A stretch of DNA of 64,000 bases from the human T2T-CHM13v2.0 reference genome, Homo sapiens. This document shows positions 61,970 through 64,000 of this stretch, piece by piece. The translations under genes and the position numbers were made by a program. The stretch is from NCBI RefSeq assembly GCF_009914755.1, contig NC_060947.1. One strand, 5' to 3'. The notes under the pieces were generated by a model. The model saw only the letters and a list, made by a program, of their open reading frames with translations, did not search any database and was not told the origin of the DNA. Within the stretch, counting starts at the first letter, position 1. Every line of letters starts with the position of its first letter.

Positions 61970-64000
61970 AAAAGCTGGGTACCAAAAGGAAGTAGGAGCA
62001 GAATCAAATTGACAATTTTGGTAAATATATCCTCACTTTGGTACTGATGCAAGTGGAAGGGCCTCTGTGGCATGACAGCTAGTACTTCAGAGAGGGGCTA
62101 AATAGGTCCTTCATCTTGTCTCTGTATTTCTGCACCAACCTAGGAAAAGACCAAAGAGGCAAAACTGTGACCTTGCAAGGAGATAAATCCAGAGTTTCAT
62201 TCACCCCACTGATTCCTGGCCCTCGCCCTTGCCCATTCTTCACACCTAACTCAGTATAAAGTGAGAGTTTTCATGCTCACTGAGGATCTTAGCGGGACAG
62301 GAGCAAAGTGCCTTGTAGAATTGGAACACACAGGTAGGGAGAGGCAGTTCCTTAATGGGATACTATCAAATAATGAGTTTCATAAACAAATCCCATAAAA
62401 TCAGTGAAACCCCCAAAATAAATTTGAAAATATTTGGATGTCTAAATTCTCTTTTAACCAATGGCAACATTGAGAACTGATTTCTTATTCTACCATTGTA
62501 TAAACGCTCAATTTCGCTGGAAGTATGTTCTCATCTGATCTATATTCTACAACATTGATATCTCTTTTCATTCACTCTTAAGCCTATTTGGAGTAAAGAC
62601 TGCCAACTGTGTCATATTAGCAGTGGCTGTGAAATGGACTATTTTCCACTAGTGGCTAAGATGAGACTAGAATATGGGAAATAAAGCTTGTTTTAAAAAT
62701 TCAATTTGCAGTAGATGTGTATGAATAATTTATGTGTCCTTACTTTGTAACATAATAATTAGGGTACCATCAATTTATTATACAAAGTTAAAGTATGTTT
62801 AATGATACCATTTATCTGTACATTTAAAATTAAAATATAAATCAAAGGTATTATTAAATATAACTTTACCTACGTTTCAAAGTCCATGGGTTATTTTATT
62901 CCAATGTTCCTAATCTCTTCATTCAGCTAAAAAAAGAGGAGACTCTAAGAAGTGACATGATAAATAATTTAAAGCATAACATTTTATGCCATAATCCTGA
63001 CAAGAGAAGTAAAAGACGATGTAAAGTGGCAGAGGTTCTAAATTGCTGAAAAGGTATTAGAATTATTTTCTGAAGTTTTGGTGCATGAAAGAGAAAGTTA
63101 TGCTTATCGATGCTTTGTAATTAAAAGATTAAGAAAGATTCAAAATTGATAATGGTTCTGTTGATTTGTAATGAATTCATAGGATCACTGTTGTGTCTGC
63201 AGCTTGTGACCATGACAAGAAAAAGAGAAACAAATTTGAGTCCTGGATGTCACATAAGGAGATTGACTCAGAGGACCTGAGAATGTATGTCTGCAGTGAT
63301 TCATGATGGAGTGGCAATACTAGGAAGAGGTGAATGAAAAATATCAAGATCCAAATCCATACTTTCTTCTGTAAAATATTGTATTTTATACCCAGCATTT
63401 TCACTAAATGTGTCTGATTATTATTTTTAGCTTATTAATGATACTACAATAGTAGCTAGTTGGTATTTATCTCCAAGGCATTCTAAACACTTTGCAGGCA
63501 CTTCTTTATTATTCTGCACCATATCCTTGTCAGGTGACAATATTCATCACCCTCTCCTCTCAAGACAATGGGAGAGAAAAACAGAGATAGCAAACAAGGA
63601 ACAGATGAATAGCAGAACCAGGATTTTAAAAACAGCAACAGAAAAATTTCTCAGATTTTCTGATTTCTACTCTAGTATATTCTGCATGAAGCTTTGCTAC
63701 TTTGCTTCAGTGTATATGATCTAAAACCACCAGCATGTAGTAAAAATCCAACACAGTAAAATTTTATTTTTTGAAAGTTAATTCTTGATGTTTTTGACAA
63801 GTGCGAGTTTTCTTTGGTACCTTCATGGGAGGTGAATAACAGTTACCCAGATCCCTGAGATGTTGTTTTATATTATAAGAAGTGCTGATTCATATTGGGG
63901 TGGGTGTGAAGCTAGGGTTGGGGGCAGTTCTTATCACAGGCTGCCCCCATATAAATGACTTATGACATTTTTAACTTAAGCTGCCCAAAGTGGGTACTTT

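Noticed and set aside
62400-63420. Possible ancient DNA-transposon or exon-containing segment
   Set aside because: Could not identify TIRs, a family or a coding frame with confidence.

Overview
Primate (human-like) non-coding DNA, intergenic or deep intronic. It is AT-rich and CpG-poor, and most of it is interspersed repeat: L1PA/L1MA/L1M LINEs, at least 9 Alus, MaLR LTRs, an ERVL pol relic, hAT and Tigger DNA transposons, MIR and L2. I found no host gene exon, RNA gene, CpG island or CRISPR-like array. Every ORF with a recognisable product is an L1 ORF2 fragment. I did not find a new multi-gene biological system and do not claim one. The interesting signal is mechanistic and readable directly from the sequence: (i) a very young, near-perfect 178-bp inverted duplication with fold-back filler (1609-2398), plus two older local templated insertions (13060/14517 inverted; 32701/34453 direct); (ii) a clean L1 3' transduction of ~225 bp with its own AATAAA, poly(A) and TSD (16861-17421), plus two shorter candidates; (iii) three 5'-inverted (twin-primed) L1s of very different ages. 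Repeat subfamily names come from remembered consensus features, not from a RepeatMasker run. Boundaries of old repeats are approximate.
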